This document shows positions 1 to 14,831 of a stretch of 64,000 nt of DNA, in pieces. The DNA comes from Octopus vulgaris (lineage: Eukaryota), in the NCBI GenBank assembly GCA_951406725.2, contig OX597825.1, forward strand, positions 65,100,001 to 65,164,000. Direction: 5' to 3'. Made by a program: the position numbers and the translations under genes. The notes below the pieces were generated by a model. It had not been told where the DNA came from and did no database searches. It saw only the letters and a program-made list of their open reading frames with translations. Every line of letters begins with the position of its first letter. Position 1 is the first letter of the stretch.

Positions 1-334
1 AACATACTTTTGTAACTAGAAGTGCTATAATCACAGTCCACATTAACTAGATTAAGATAAAACACAAATTTCTTAAACTTTACTCAACTAGCTAACGCAC
101 GACTAACACTCGTGAAAAAAATCATCCATAATTTTCGCTTTCATTTCTGACTGTACTTTTACAAGCTTCGGTGCCTTAAATTTTAGTCTTGAAGTTTTAA
201 TTTCCCTCAATGCAAACATCATTGATCCGATTTACGACGCATTTTATCGGACTATGCCTCATATCGTACTACGCTACATAAGATATTGAAAAGATTTGTA
301 TATATATAGTAAGTCATATACATTCATATATACT

Positions 335-745
335 CTTACTCTTTACTCTTTTACTTGTTTCAGTCATTTGACTGCGGCCATGCTGGAGCACCGCCTTTAG
401 TCGAACAAATCGACCACGGGACTTATTCTTTGTAAGCCCAGTACTTATTCTATCGGTCTCTTTTGCCGAACCGCTAAGTGACGAGGACGTAAACACACCA
501 GCATCGGTTGTCAAGCAATGCTAGGGTGACAAACACAGACATACAAACACACACACATACATAGATATATATACATATATACGACAGGCTTCTTTCAGTT
601 TCCGTCTACCAAATCCACTCACAAGGCTTTGGTCGGCCCGAGGCTATAGTAGAAGACACTTGCCCAAGGTGCCACGCAGTGGGACTGAACCCGGAACCAT
701 GTGGTTGTTTAGCAAGCTACTTACCACATAGCCACTCCTCCGCCT
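335..745 (-). mobile_element. tRNA-derived CORE-like SINE, family A (octopus OR-type), near full length
   Basis: Minus strand reads AGGCGGAGGAGTGGCTATGTGGTAAG (A box)...GGTTCCGGGTTCAGTCCC (B box), then CORE-like GTGGCACCTTGGGCAAGTGTCTT, an internal microsatellite and a 3' tail ending GAAACAAGTAAAAGAGTAAAGAG. Many copies in this window. Confidence 0.85.
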
Positions 746-826
746 ATATGTATGTATATATATGTATATATGTATATGTGCCTATCCAAATGTACATACA
801 AACACACACATATGTATGTATGTAGG

Positions 827-864
<38 letters not shown>

Positions 865-865
865 T

Positions 866-1224
866 AGTCGCAGGAGTGGCTGTGTGGTAAGTGGCGTGCT
901 TACCAATCTTCGGCAAGCGTCTTCTACCCTAACCTCTGGCCGACCAAAGCCTTGTGTGTGGATTTGGTACACGGAAACTGAAAGAAGCCCGCCGTATACA
1001 TATATATATATATATATGAGAGGGGGGTCTGTCTGTTACCGGACCATCGCTTGACAACAGATGTCGGCGTGTTTGTGTCCCCATAACTTAGCATTTCCGA
1101 AAGAGAGACCGACAGAATAAGTACTAGGCTTACAAATAATAAGTCCTAGGGTCGATTTGCTCGACTAAAAGTCAATATTCCCGCATGGCCGCAGTCAAAT
1201 GACTGACAAACGAAAGAGTAAAAT
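866..1224 (+). mobile_element. SINE family A, with a deletion in the head
   Basis: GCAGGAGTGGCTGTGTGGTAAG head, GGATTTGGTACACGGAAACTGAAAGAAGCCC and 3' CATGGCCGCAGTCAAATGACTG match the 335-745 copy in the opposite orientation. Confidence 0.8.
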
Positions 1225-1692
1225 TGAATATATATACATATATGTATATATATATGTATATGTATATATGAATATAGATAGACAGATACGTTAATACATA
1301 CATATATAATTACACGGTATGCAAGTGTATATTGAGCAAATCACCAACTAAAGTATAAGGTCATCAAAGGAGAGAGATGAACTAAAAATAACTTTAGATT
1401 ATGAAATATCAAAGTAGCAAACACGTGAGAGAGAGAGAGAGAGAGAGTATGTGTGCGTGTGTGTGTGTGTATACATACGCCCACACATACACCCTCATGC
1501 ATAGGCGAGCTGTACTTATACATAACAGTTTCTCTATTGCTATGCGCCATATCTTTTGTATTTTCTTATAATAAATTCAGCTCGTCCGTATGATGTCGAT
1601 TCTGTTTGTGTTTGTTAACGCCCACTAACTTATACAGAACAAGAGATGATTATCAGAATCATACATGCATATGTATATTCATATGGATATAA

Positions 1693-1694
<2 letters not shown>

Positions 1695-1762
<68 letters not shown>

Positions 1763-1795
1763 AGATAGATAGATGTTTGTAGATAGATAGATCGG

Positions 1796-1839
<44 letters not shown>

Positions 1840-1870
1840 CAGACAGATAAAAAGATAGATAGATATATTA
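1695..1870. repeat. Compound (TA)n/(GATA)n microsatellite
   Basis: Directly visible. Confidence 0.95.
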
Positions 1871-2656
1871 TATATGCGAGCCTTTGTACTTGCTTATACG
1901 TAGATCAATGTGTGCATAAGTGTGATTATATATATATAGATGTATATGCATATAAATGTATGAATACAAATGTGCTTATATGTATGTAAACGCCACACAC
2001 ACACATATGTATGTAAACACATACATATATACACACTCTCACACATGACACACACACACATAAATTTACCTAAACATATGCATTATAGCGATTTTATATG
2101 TATTCTATATTTCCTTTGTAACGTAAGCTTTGTCATCACTAACTACACCGGCGCCACTATACAACCACAACCAACACCACCAAAAATCTACTAAGACACA
2201 TACAACCCTCTGAAGCGACAGCTTACCCAGTTCTTCATCTGTCAATTCTCAACAGCCCCACAGCCTAATAAACTTCAACACCTTCAACTAACAGCCGCAA
2301 ACCTCCTCTGACTAGTAGCTTTCAACCCTATCTCCGTATGATTTCATAATTTGAGAAGGTATATTTAGTAGGAGTCCATGTAGGTAAAGCTGTTTCACTG
2401 CTGAGAGAAGAGGTTCTCCATCCTATGTAACCGACATCTTGTCATGGTCTTTACTGAGAGTTTATTAACAAAAACATAAACACAATCTCGAATCCAGCTT
2501 CTCTATCGCAGCTCATAGGGCTAAATAAACATCTAACTATATTAACACAACGATTTTGGGATGCATGAGTGTTTATGTGTGACTATGAAGGAAGTACGTT
2601 TCCTTGTGTGTTTGTATCCGCTTATTGGTGAGTGAGTCTATAATCGTGTACATTTC

Positions 2657-2674
2657 TGTGTGTGTATGTGTGTG

Positions 2675-2734
<60 letters not shown>

Positions 2735-2758
2735 TGTGTGAGAGAGAGAGAGAGAGAC
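2657..2758. repeat. (TG)n/(GA)n microsatellite
   Basis: Directly visible. Confidence 0.95.
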
Positions 2759-3415
2759 GTTGAATGAATGAAAGTTTGTGTATTTTTGTTTGGTCTTCAT
2801 TTCGTGTATATTCCCAGGGTGCGGTTTATGAATATATGAAAGTCGATATGTATGTGTGTATGTCAGTTTATGTGTGTGTGTGTGTTTGTGAGTGCCTGTG
2901 CATGTTTGTGAATGAATGTGTGTGGGCTAGTGTGTTTGTGTGTGCGTGTGTGTGTGTGTCAGTTTCAAAGAGAAAGGGAGATGGAAAGAGAGAGAAAGAA
3001 AGAAAGTGCATTTCAATCTCTACAGATATACAGCCTGGTTAACGGTTATATCATTCTTGAAAGCCTGTATCTGTGTAGGCAAATATCCATGTGCGTGTGT
3101 GGTTGCGTGTATGAATCAGCGTGTAAATTGTGTGTAAATGTGTGTGTGTTTGTGAGTAAATGTGTGTATTTGTTTTTGCCTGTGTACGTGCGCCTTTGTG
3201 TGGGTGTTGGCTTTTGTGTTTGAGTACATACAAGAACATCTGACCTCGAATACCTCGAATTATGTGTGTACCATGTGTACGCGCCTAACTGTGCACGTAT
3301 GTGTGTGATTGTTTATATTTTACCAGTACATGAGCTACTGGCATGTACCTCTGCACAATCACAACGCAGACACACACATATACATATATGTTTGTATGTG
3401 TGTGCGTACGTATAT

Positions 3416-3492
<77 letters not shown>

Positions 3493-4239
3493 ATGTATGT
3501 ATGTATATATACATGTAGATATATATTTATGTATGTGTATATATATATATGTATATATGTATGTATATAAGGTTTGTTCGTGCGCGAATGTTCAGAGTGA
3601 GTTCGTGTTCAACTGATGCTTAAGCCTCCAGGTCGACCGTGATAAAGGAGACAGTAATCAGAATCTCTGCAAAGATGGAATCGCTGTCGTCTTTTTACTG
3701 ATATAGCGTATCTGAAATATTAGCAGATTACTTTATATACTGTCTGTATACACTTCAGAATAGCGGATTCGATTATATTTCGGTTGTGACACGAATACGC
3801 AAAATTACTAAGCTGTAACTACGGTGAAATGCATATCTGTCGCCCGCATAACAACCTCTTGGACCATTTCGTTTCGCCTAGCTTTGAAGGACATTGTATT
3901 TCCTAACACTGGATGTATTTAAATGGATCGTTCCCAGGCGAAACCACAATTTATAGTGCGGTAAGAATGTTGTATTCATAGAATTCTTATTATAGTGTTA
4001 ATTTTGTTGTATAATTCGCTATATATAAGCTATATATCCCAAAATCGTGAATCATGTTACGTAATAACAGGCTAATCAGATATGAAATAATAACAATTCA
4101 TAGTAAATAACTCTGAAAAGGGCTTTTGTGCGTTTCCAGAGAATAGTGTTGGTATATTCCTGAATAGGTCATTAAGCGAAATAAGTTTAAATACTATGAA
4201 ACAAGCATACTCAATTTCATTTTTACCAAATAATTTAGG

Positions 4240-4452
4240 AAAACGAATGAATTATCTCCCTTAGTTATATATAAGTATCCCTTCCAGGGGCCCTAGTGTC
4301 GATTTTTTTTTCAACAATATGAGTATGCCACGAAGTTTCCAGACATGAGTTCTACTCACGTGTCAAGTTTCATCAAATCGATAAAACGATATAGGAGTTA
4401 GATAACAACTCCACAAACACAGCCACAGACAGAATTTCCCACATATGTACTA
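4240..4452 (-). mobile_element. Old non-autonomous Helitron-like remnant (5' part)
   Basis: GTGTCAAGTTTCATCAAATCG...ACAGACAG resembles GTCAAGTTTCATCAGAATCGG...ACAGACA in the Helitron copies at 20.2 and 26.6 kb. Termini are not clear. Confidence 0.35.
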
Positions 4453-5438
4453 TATGTTTGTGTGTGTATGTGTCTCTCTCTCTGTGTGTATGTATGTATG
4501 TATGTGTAGCTGTGTTATATTTGTATTTATACATTCATGTATGTATGTAGGTACGGATATATATATATTTATTTATCTATTTGTATATGTGTGTGTATAC
4601 ATATATGTTTATGTATAGAGATGCATTAGCTTGGATAACGTTTCCATGAATGAGTGCATTCAAAATGGTATGCTTTTAAAACCAGATTCGCCACCCGTCT
4701 GTCTAAGTCATTAACTCCACTACGATTGGTGCAGTGGTGTAATTCCCTGCATCAGTCAACAGATGACAAAACAGTTTTTGTCGGGGCTGCGTATCGTATG
4801 ATTCAGAGCTTTGCAAAGGAACACATACTGTGCCCTAACACCCACAGGGAATAACCAATTGCCATGATTTAAACGTTGCTGGTGTACATACACTCGTCCG
4901 TGTGAATGAGCGGCGCGCCTCTGTGTGTGTCTATGTGTGCGCGATTGCTTTGCGAATGCTTTTATTTGAGCCTGGGAAAAGAGTCTAGATCTAATTGTTC
5001 ACATCCACACAGACAGAAAAATGCGCACACGCAGGAACGCACAGGCAAGCACGCACCGTACACACACGTTGGGCTGAGCTGGTTAAGTTGTTCGAGTGTC
5101 AGAATACATTGTAGTATCTGTTCTAGTGATCGACGCTTTGGGTTCAATTCCAATTGAGTTCAACTTTGCCTTTCATCATTTCGCGGTTGATATATAAAGT
5201 ACCAATGTGATATTTCAGCTCGATTATTCTAACTTCTATTTCACTCTTCATTCTCCCTATCTCTCTTACTTTCTCTTTATCCTGCTTTCGCTTTCTCTCA
5301 TCCGGTAGAAAGCAGGTTGCCTGTTGCAAATTTTAAAATGCACTGATATGCTTTATATCATAGAAGGGCTTCTTACGAATCCACGCTCATTTGAGGTCCC
5401 AAAGAAAAGCACACTTGCAACACATAAACATATAATGT

Positions 5439-5760
5439 AGGCACGTGGCTTAATGGTTAGTGTATTCAGCTTACGATCGTAAGGTCGTGATTTCGATTCC
5501 CAGGCGCGCGTTGCATTCTTACGTAAGACCCTTTATTTGATATTACTCCAGTCCATTCAATTGGCAAAAATTAGTTGTATCTGTGATTCGAACGGCCAGT
5601 TTTGTCCCATTCTGTATCACGCTGCATCTCTGTAACTACTACGTTAATGGTACACGTGTCGGTGGAGTACTCAGCCACTATTGCTATAGTTATTTCTCGA
5701 GCAGTCTATTTCGTAGATCGGATGAACTGGAACACTCATCGTGGTAATCGATGGAGTGCC
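5439..5760 (+). mobile_element. tRNA-derived SINE family C (CORE/V-like middle, shared 3' domain)
   Basis: TGGCTTAATGGTTAG A box, GATTTCGATTCCC B box; 3' domain GTGGAGTACTCAGCCAC...GGAGTGCC shared with 62477-62872 and 17240-17352. Confidence 0.7.
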
Positions 5761-7218
5761 ATTTTATATGCATATAAACCTTATAGTATTTTGACAAAAA
5801 TGTTACGACGATCCAGGAATTATATTAATGCCATAATTGATTTTTGCATTATGTCCGTTCTGCAGAAATTTTATCGATAATAACTAACTGAATATTTAGC
5901 GTCATTGCTGATGGAATTCCATGAAAAATATTACTTGCAAGAATAACTTGTATTCTGTCGAAGTACTTGTAGTTCATTGGTACTGTAATGAACGCTCTGA
6001 TAACCAGCTGACTTAATTACTAAAGCAGATTAGCGAAAGTCTTCATCTGCCCTGGCCTGGCTTTATAAAACTGTGTTACAGAAACAAATAGATGGGAAAT
6101 AATGTGGCGTACTTTACAATCCTCTTATAAGCACGCCAGACTTTATTTCTAGTTGTAAGGGAGATATATCCTTCCCTTATACGGATATCGAGGAAACTGG
6201 ATCTGCAATCTGAGGTTTGTGAGGAAATTTAAAACTGGTTATCTTTGTAAATACAAATGCAGCTGTGATTCTAACAGGAAGGTCCAACATTATAATAAAC
6301 GAGAGATAGTATGTATTCCGCGATGTGTGCAAAATCATTGCTTCTAAAATGACTTGCGCAGAGGGTAACGTTCTACTCTTTTGTTGCGCATTAAATGGTC
6401 TTACTCTATATTTCTCCATATTTTTCAATGTATCTGTTCCTTTACACCCGCCATATTTTATGATTTTTCTTTAGATGATATCTGCATCTAGACATCTGAG
6501 AAATGTTTACCTACCAACAGTGAATCTCTCTTTGTGCTGCGTGACAAATTTTGTCAGAAAGGAAGAGGAAAGGAAGAATCGACATCAAAACTTCAAGGGC
6601 TCATTGTTCATAGACTTCGCTAGAATGGAATGCACGGGAGACTTCGGCGAATATTGAACCTAGAACGCTAAGCGCCGGAACAGCTACTGTAAACTAATTA
6701 CCCGGCAGTCGAATCCTCAAACTCTGCCGATCGACCAAACACATACATACACACGCACATACACAACACACATATACACACACACGCGCGCAAACACTTC
6801 TAAGGGGAAATGTAGATAATATATTTGTGTGTTCTCAATGATATATAGCTGTTTATCGTTAAAGGATTTAATTGTAAAGGATGCGATACGAAATGCAAAT
6901 CATTAATATTAATCATACAGCATAAGTTTTCTTGTTGTTTTATCATAATAATGGATGTGATCATTAATAAATTATTTGTCAGAGAAATGTCGCTCTAATA
7001 TTCAACATCTTATACTCTAATACATCACAGTGCAATTTGTCATTCGGTAGTGTATATATGACCTCATTTTTTTCCTTTATTGTAGACAACCTGATTCGCC
7101 TCGACATTATTTATAGATATCAGTTACTAAAGTTTGTACAAGGCCTAAAATATGTGAGGAAGATTCAGCTGATTAAATCTGCCTCAGTATTTAACTGTTA
7201 CATATATATTTTTTATTG

Positions 7219-7466
7219 GTGGCGATGCGTGGCTTAGTGGTTAGGGTGTCATCACCATGATCGTAAGATTGTGGTTTCGATTCCTGGACCGGGCAACACG
7301 TTGTGTTCTTGAGCAAAACACTTCGTTTCACGTTGTTTCAGTTCACCCAGCTGGCAAAAATGAGTATCGGCATGATGGACTGTCGTTCCGTCGAGCTGGG
7401 GAATACATACGTCATAGAAACCGGGAAACCGGGCCCATGAGCATGGTTAGACTTTAAAAGGGCGCA
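7219..7466 (+). mobile_element. SINE family C variant
   Basis: GTGGCTTAGTGGTTAGGG...GGTTTCGATTCCTGG, TTGTGTTCTTGAGCAAAACACTT, CCAGCTGGCAAAAATGAGTA. Confidence 0.75.
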
Positions 7467-7552
7467 TTTATATATATATTTTTTATTGACCCAGGAAGAA
7501 TGAAAGGTAAATTAGGAATCCGTGATTGTGGCTAGAAATTCAACATTAAAGT

Positions 7553-7790
7553 GAAGGAAATGTGTGTGGCTCAGCAGTTAGTGTATGGCATTCGTGATCA
7601 TAAGGTCACTGTCTCGATTCCAGGAATGGTCGATGCATTGTGTTCTTGAGCAAAGCAGTTCATTGCACGTTGCTGCAGTCTCCAGAGTTTGCAAAAATGA
7701 GCAATGCTGCAACGAGTAGTCGTCACATCCGTGATTGAATATATGACAACGAAGAATGCGTGGAAACCAGCCTTAAGAACCTATTAATTG
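7553..7790 (+). mobile_element. Degenerate SINE family C
   Basis: Diverged match to 7219-7466 (TGTGTTCTTGAGCAAAGCA, GCAAAAATGAGC). Confidence 0.6.
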
Positions 7791-8295
7791 GAAAGGACCT
7801 TTGAATTTTCTTTTTCTTTGATAGCCAAAGTATAGCTTTCTAGCTGGTTAAGATACTTTCATTACAACCAAGCGGTTCCGGCTCCAGTGATATGTGTCTC
7901 GTCCCATTGACTTAAATACAAGGATCACTGTTTCTGAACGAGATGGGAATTCAAAAACAAAACATCCACAGCTTATAGGAAATATAAATTTGACTGGCAC
8001 ACTTAAGGAAATAACTGACAGCCTACAGCTAGGCTGGTAGAAATCATGAATAAGCTCCCTATTCCATCGCACATCGAGCAGACTTCTGATGAAATGTATT
8101 TCAGTCACGTGTTTTAGCGTGAGCAGAGAAGCTATGACGAGGTTATCTAAGGATTCTTTCATTTGCTAAGGTGTGATTTGATGGAGATTTTGTTGCTATT
8201 TCTTGCAGGTTGAGCGTCCACAGTTTTCCGCCTAGTTTGGTCCTGCGGTTTACATTACTATAAAATGGCCTCTATAGACTGCATTCTTTACACGC

Positions 8296-8449
8296 TTTCG
8301 TGTAAATATCCCAGAAGACTTCACATTTTAGCGTAAATGTCTCGATAGACCGATTATTTTAGTGCAAATATCCCGATAGATCTCGCCTTTTTTGCGTAAA
8401 TAACTCGATACACCGCCCTCTTTAGTGTAAATGACCCGGTACATAGCGC
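8296..8449. repeat. Degenerate ~31-bp minisatellite, about 5 units
   Basis: Units begin TTTCGTGTAAAT, TTTAGCGTAAAT, TTTAGTGCAAAT, TTTTGCGTAAAT, TTTAGTGTAAAT at ~31-32-nt spacing. Confidence 0.75.
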
Positions 8450-8807
8450 AATATTGTAGTACTATTTTCTTTTATTATTTCCTAGATGATAAAACTCTAA
8501 ACTAGGCAGTTATTATTTTTCTTAATATGTGTAATGAAGAAATAATTAATCTTTGTTTTAATTCGTATATTTTACTCTTTGACTTACTAAAATCGTCTAA
8601 TAATGATAAAAGATAAATGATATCGTTAATGATAATGGAAGTCAATTTTGCATTGATTTTAGAAATAAACGCAAGAGAAAGATGTACATTAGAGCAGCAC
8701 TGGGCTTTTAAATGAATAAATAAATTGTTCATCCTCATTACTTCTCTATCTTCTGTTGTGTTTCATGGAACATCAACATACAGCTCTTCTATTTTATCTT
8801 TTCTATC

Positions 8808-8969
8808 AGGCGTAGGAGTGGCTGTGTGGTGCGTAGCTTGCTTACGAACCACATGGTTCCGGGTTCAGTCCCACTGCGTGGCACCTTGGCAAGTGTCTTC
8901 TACTATATCCTCGGGCCGACCAAAGCCTTGTGAGTGGATTTGGTAGACGGAAACTGAAAGAAGCCCGTC

Positions 8970-8972
<3 letters not shown>
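8808..8972 (+). mobile_element. SINE family A, 5' half, running into (TA)n(TATG)n
   Basis: AGGCGTAGGAGTGGCTGTGTGG...GGTTCCGGGTTCAGTCCCACTGCGTGGCACCTTGGCAAGTG...GAAAGAAGCCCGTCG. Confidence 0.85.
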
Positions 8973-9046
<74 letters not shown>

Positions 9047-10144
9047 TGTATGTATGTATGTATGTATGTATGTATGTATGTATGTATGTATGTATGTATA
9101 TATATGTATATATGTATATATATATATATTTAAATTGTATTTGTTAGGGAATAAAAATTCCGGCATAACAGGGGTTCAAATTATTCTCAATGAAGAAATA
9201 TATATTTTCATTTAGAGATAGTGGGCCCCTTCATCCCACCATATAAAAAAGAATTTTTATTTTAAATACCTACCATTTTATAACTTGGCTACACGTGTTT
9301 CATGAGAATGTTGCCATGAGATGACGGGATGAATAACAGTGAGTAATTAAAGGGCGGAATAATACGGAATGATACGAAATAAAAAAAAAGTAATGTTCCT
9401 ATGATGCATTTTTGTAGTTTCGTGGACCATGTTTACTATTTAGATAATACGTTAATTAAATAATAGTTTAAAAGTAGCAGGAAGAAGGGGTGTGAGTACT
9501 TCGCTGAAACTTTGCAATGTCAAGCCATAATTAAGACGTTGTAGGATAATGGAGCCATCGGTGAATTGTATATTTTTCTTTTACCTTACCATCAAGTTAA
9601 TTTTATTTTATTTTATTTTATTTTGTAAATTTTTAAAAGTTATCATTCGTATCAGACCAGAGAAAAGAAACATGTCTGCTAGCTCACCCAATTTGTCTAT
9701 CTGAGTATTTTCCATTCAGACCTGAAATAGCCTCTGTACCCTCTGGAGATATGTCACAACATTGATATATCTAAACAGCTAAACTGAAATAAACGCAAGG
9801 GTAATGACTGATATTTCGTGAGAATTATTATCATGTCAGAAATCAAAGATTCTCTGTTCGCCGTCTCCTTCGGGAACTGTCATGAATCTGAGGCGTTAGA
9901 ATTCGCGCTATTCCTAACACCAGACATTCTCTGAAAGCGAATGTCCATCACTTAGCTCTTGGTTTTACAAATATGATAGCTTATCATTCTCAAATATTTC
10001 AAATAGCTACATTACAGACAGATTTAGATGAAATGTAATCGAAAGTTTTAAGGAATTCCCTATAAAGAATATGAAATAGTATTAACTTAATGCTAGCCAC
10101 CCTGACAGCTGTATGGTTCGATCTTAGTATAAAAGAAATTGTTA

Positions 10145-10386
10145 CCTTCCGAGTCATGCTAACTCATCAGGGTCGGCTTCCCAGTTACTATGGTATATAA
10201 ATTCTCAACCTGAACGGGATGCCTACACGTTGCTGGATTACTCATTTTTGCCACCTGAATGGCCTGGAGCATCGAGAAATGAAATGTTTTGCTCAAGAAC
10301 ACAATGCGTCGCCCGATCCAGGAATCGAAACCACAAACTTATGATCACAAGTTTAATACCCTAACCACTAAGCCAAGCGCTTCCAC
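10145..10386 (-). mobile_element. SINE family C
   Basis: Reverse complement of the 7219-7466 type (CCAGGAATCGAAACCAC, CCCTAACCACTAAGCCA). Confidence 0.7.
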
Positions 10387-11108
10387 AGATTTAAGCATAC
10401 GCAAACACTGCTGTTATAGAAAAAACATAGGTTAACGCTACACACAGCCACAAAATCTTAATCACGAATAGCTATAATGAGGTGCTTTAAAGTACCTAAT
10501 TATAGCCAGTGTCGGGTTAACATTTCATGTCTTGTGTCTAATTAAACAATTCACTATCAGGAATTAATTTCCCTGAGAATCAAATTTACATGGAGAGTTT
10601 TCCACCTTACGGAAGATCGTGCAAGCGAAAGGTAATCGGGTTTCACCCATCATTTGCATTGGACCTTTTCACAATTATAGTCAAAATTTATCGAACTCTA
10701 GCGAAATAGTACGTAATGCAACTTTTCAACGCACAGGATGATAATATAAGCTATACTTGCCTGGACATCGTCATTCCACAGATCACGCACTAAAATTGAA
10801 AATCTATAACCACCTAACACCAGCTTCAAAATTCTGACTTTCAAATTCTATCTACCTGTGTACTCAAAAGAGTCTATCATAATATTATTGTATATCGAGC
10901 TTTCATAAGAACACAGAGAACTTCGAAAAGAATTTCGTGAGTCTCACGTACATATTATTACAGGACTTTGAATTTCGACATTTAGAATCATGTCACAAGT
11001 TCGTTGTATGTCTGACTACTTTATACTGCATGAAGGAGTTATTTAGCTTGCACCGTTTTATCCTCAAACCATTTATAACCTAGCAACTCCTTTTCTGTCG
11101 AAATCTGT

Positions 11109-11180
<72 letters not shown>

Positions 11181-11348
11181 TTGTAGACTAACGTTTTCCT
11201 CTCTGGTTTTGTCAAGTGGAATGTGATGTAGTGCAATCATACACATAATACACATATATGAATGCATGTGTAAAATATATGCATGCTGGCATGCATTAGT
11301 TCATATATACACACAGACACTAGTAATGCATGCAATCAAGTATACATT

Positions 11349-11434
<86 letters not shown>

Positions 11435-11731
11435 AATATATATATATATGTCTCTGTGTGTGTTTAATTGTGTATGCACAAACATATGAATAAATTTAGA
11501 CACAACTGCTGGAGTATACATACATGTATGTATATCTATATATATATATGTATGCATATACTTATATACATTTACGAATATGTATATATATATATATATG
11601 TATCAAAACACACAAATATATGTACATGTGAGTGTGTGTGCGTACAAATACACTGTATTACATGCTTGAATACTCACATTTACATATAAATATTTATATA
11701 AGTTTACATTTCTTTACACAGCCACCCACAC

Positions 11732-11776
<45 letters not shown>

Positions 11777-11800
11777 ATATATATTATGCATATATATATG

Positions 11801-11877
<77 letters not shown>

Positions 11878-12339
11878 GCGCGCACGCGCATACGTTTGTT
11901 ATTAGTATTGTTATGAAGTTTCTAAAGGAAATAAATAACAAAAGACTCTAATAAAGTGACGCTGTTTCTCTTACACTAGAAATGACTGACTGAGTTCTAG
12001 AATGTTCGTGAACAATATTATGAGACAGATTGAGTTCATTAGGATGTAGCCTACGGCTTGTCTGTTACTGATAATACAAAAAATATCAGCAGACATATGA
12101 GGTGCGTTTGTGAAGATGTGTATGTGTTGGTGTGTGCATGCATGTGTGTTTCTGTGTGTACGTGTGTGTGTGAGTGAGTGCTTGCGCGCGTTTTTGTTGT
12201 GAAAGAAAGAATGAGTTTTATAGGCAGACAGGCAGACAGATTGGTGGGTACAGAGCTAGAGAGATAGAGACAGACAGAAACATTCAGAGATGGATAGGTA
12301 GTTATAGTGATGGATTGTTGATTGATAAAGATGCATACA

Positions 12340-12692
<353 letters not shown>

Positions 12693-14774
12693 ATTATGCC
12701 TCTGGTTATCAAATTTGGTATAGAAACCTAACAAAGATATTCTTAAGCGTCCTTGAAAGAGCCAGAAACCCCACTGGTTCATGTTATAGAAAGCTTTTCG
12801 GCTTTTCATACGGTCTTTCACTCATGGACATATCAAGTATATTGAAGTAAAGCTACTGGAATACATATGTTTTCTAAAGCTTGGAGCATTTTTGCCAGCC
12901 ATGTCTTTATTAATCTACATCCTGCCGTCTTCAAGAAAAGGAATAGAATCGTGACGACTGAAGAACTTTTTTCATATATCTACGTTTCCCTGGCCGACAT
13001 TCGACGAAATAACAGCTACGACACCAACAATCCGTTGTTCCAAATTTTTCTTCGCAATGCTGATGACATTGTAATTTTCACTCAAAACTTTAAGTACGTG
13101 ATGTAAAATACATAAACACGTTACTTGCAGGTTTATGTGGTTATTCGGTCTGTTTGGTATAGTAGGCAGCTCATATCAAACCAGATCTTACTTTCTATAA
13201 TAAAATGTTATTTATGAGAAACATATACTTTATGAGAAACATATGAAAGCTTCCTTCGTTTTACGATGGGTCTTAAATTGTGTAATCAATCGAACTGCCG
13301 ATCTGTTAAATATGCAGATAAGTTGCTCAGTATGTTTGAAACACATTTAGAGTTCACCTAATTTCCATGCAGCGTCGGATACACACCATACGTGATAAAA
13401 TTAAATCCAGGACCGTCTTAGTGGCAATGAGGGCTCTGGCTCGTATAGTATATCATTATTGGTAGGAAGTCACTGTATAGATTGATAAGAATTGGGACCT
13501 TAAGTTCGTGCAGCCAACGGACAACTATCCAGTATGCTCTGGTCGTAAAACAGTTTCGATTGGACATTTGTTTCATTGTCTTCAAAGCACTTTCCACTCA
13601 TCTTAAGTCGATCCCAAGAAGTGATCGTAAAAGCATCCTTGCTTTACATATCATATAATATTATCTAATTCAAGAGTTCTGAATCCAACATTCTAAACAC
13701 ATTAACCACATCGTTATGTCTACCTGTATCTGAAGTGAAGTTGATTATATATTTAATCATAGATCTACCAATAACAAAAATAGCTTCAAAATAACACAAT
13801 TTAGTAACACTTCCAGCCATAGTTGGTTTGGTAAGATGGTTGGAGAGATAGCTGAGTAAAAAAACAGTTAACGTTCCAGCTCTCATATCACGGAGTTCAT
13901 ACCTAAACGACGAAGATTTTACTGTTTGTGTCTATGTGGTAGATATACTTTGCTAGAATAGATTCATTTTATCATTAATTCCTTTCTACTCCCTCAGCAA
14001 TTCTCACTCTCTCTCCTTCTCTTTCCCTCGTACATACCCACATTCACTCTGGAATAAACTGGGTTTTTAGTTTTAGTTAGGGATAAGATCAGCGCACCAG
14101 GTAAATCTAAAATAAAATCGAGGCCCAGCACCTTCATAACATAAAACAACACCCTTATACCATAGTCAGTTGTTTAGAGTGAAGAAACCAAGGGTGAAAC
14201 TTGAGTAGAATACCTGTGAAGCATTTATTAAGTATTTGGATCACATATTCAGCAAAAAACGAAACTCTCTGATGAAATCAAGAATTTACACCGGTGTTGT
14301 TACATATTTATTATAATTTCCTTTTATAAAAGGTATTAAGGAAAACACAACTCTTAAATGACAAACTCACATACAGTACGTATAACGACTGTAATGTCTG
14401 TCTAGCAATTACATTAAAGCTTAAATTCTCGGAGAAATTAATGGAACGATTCCAGGTGTAATCTTACAAAAATTGGCTAGAAATCAATACTTAATTCGTG
14501 GAATATTGATAGATATTTTTGGACGTCACTGCATTCAGACTTTACATTTTGTAGTTATGTATGTATTTATGTATGCATGCATGCATATATGTATGTATGT
14601 GTGTATGCCCATATAAGTATCTATATATGTGCATACATATATATATACACACACACATATATATATCATATATCTTATATTTATATAAAATATTATATAA
14701 TATAATATATTATATGGTATTCTAGCAAGCTCATGGCCTTAGGCTCAAGCGTGTAATTATGATAATATGGTATA

Positions 14775-14831
<57 letters not shown>

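Noticed and set aside
8086-8110. CTGATGA motifs here and near 14269
   Set aside because: No stem II plus GAAAC arrangement.
8296-8449. CRISPR-like periodicity
   Set aside because: No unique spacers of suitable length, no cas genes, eukaryotic context.
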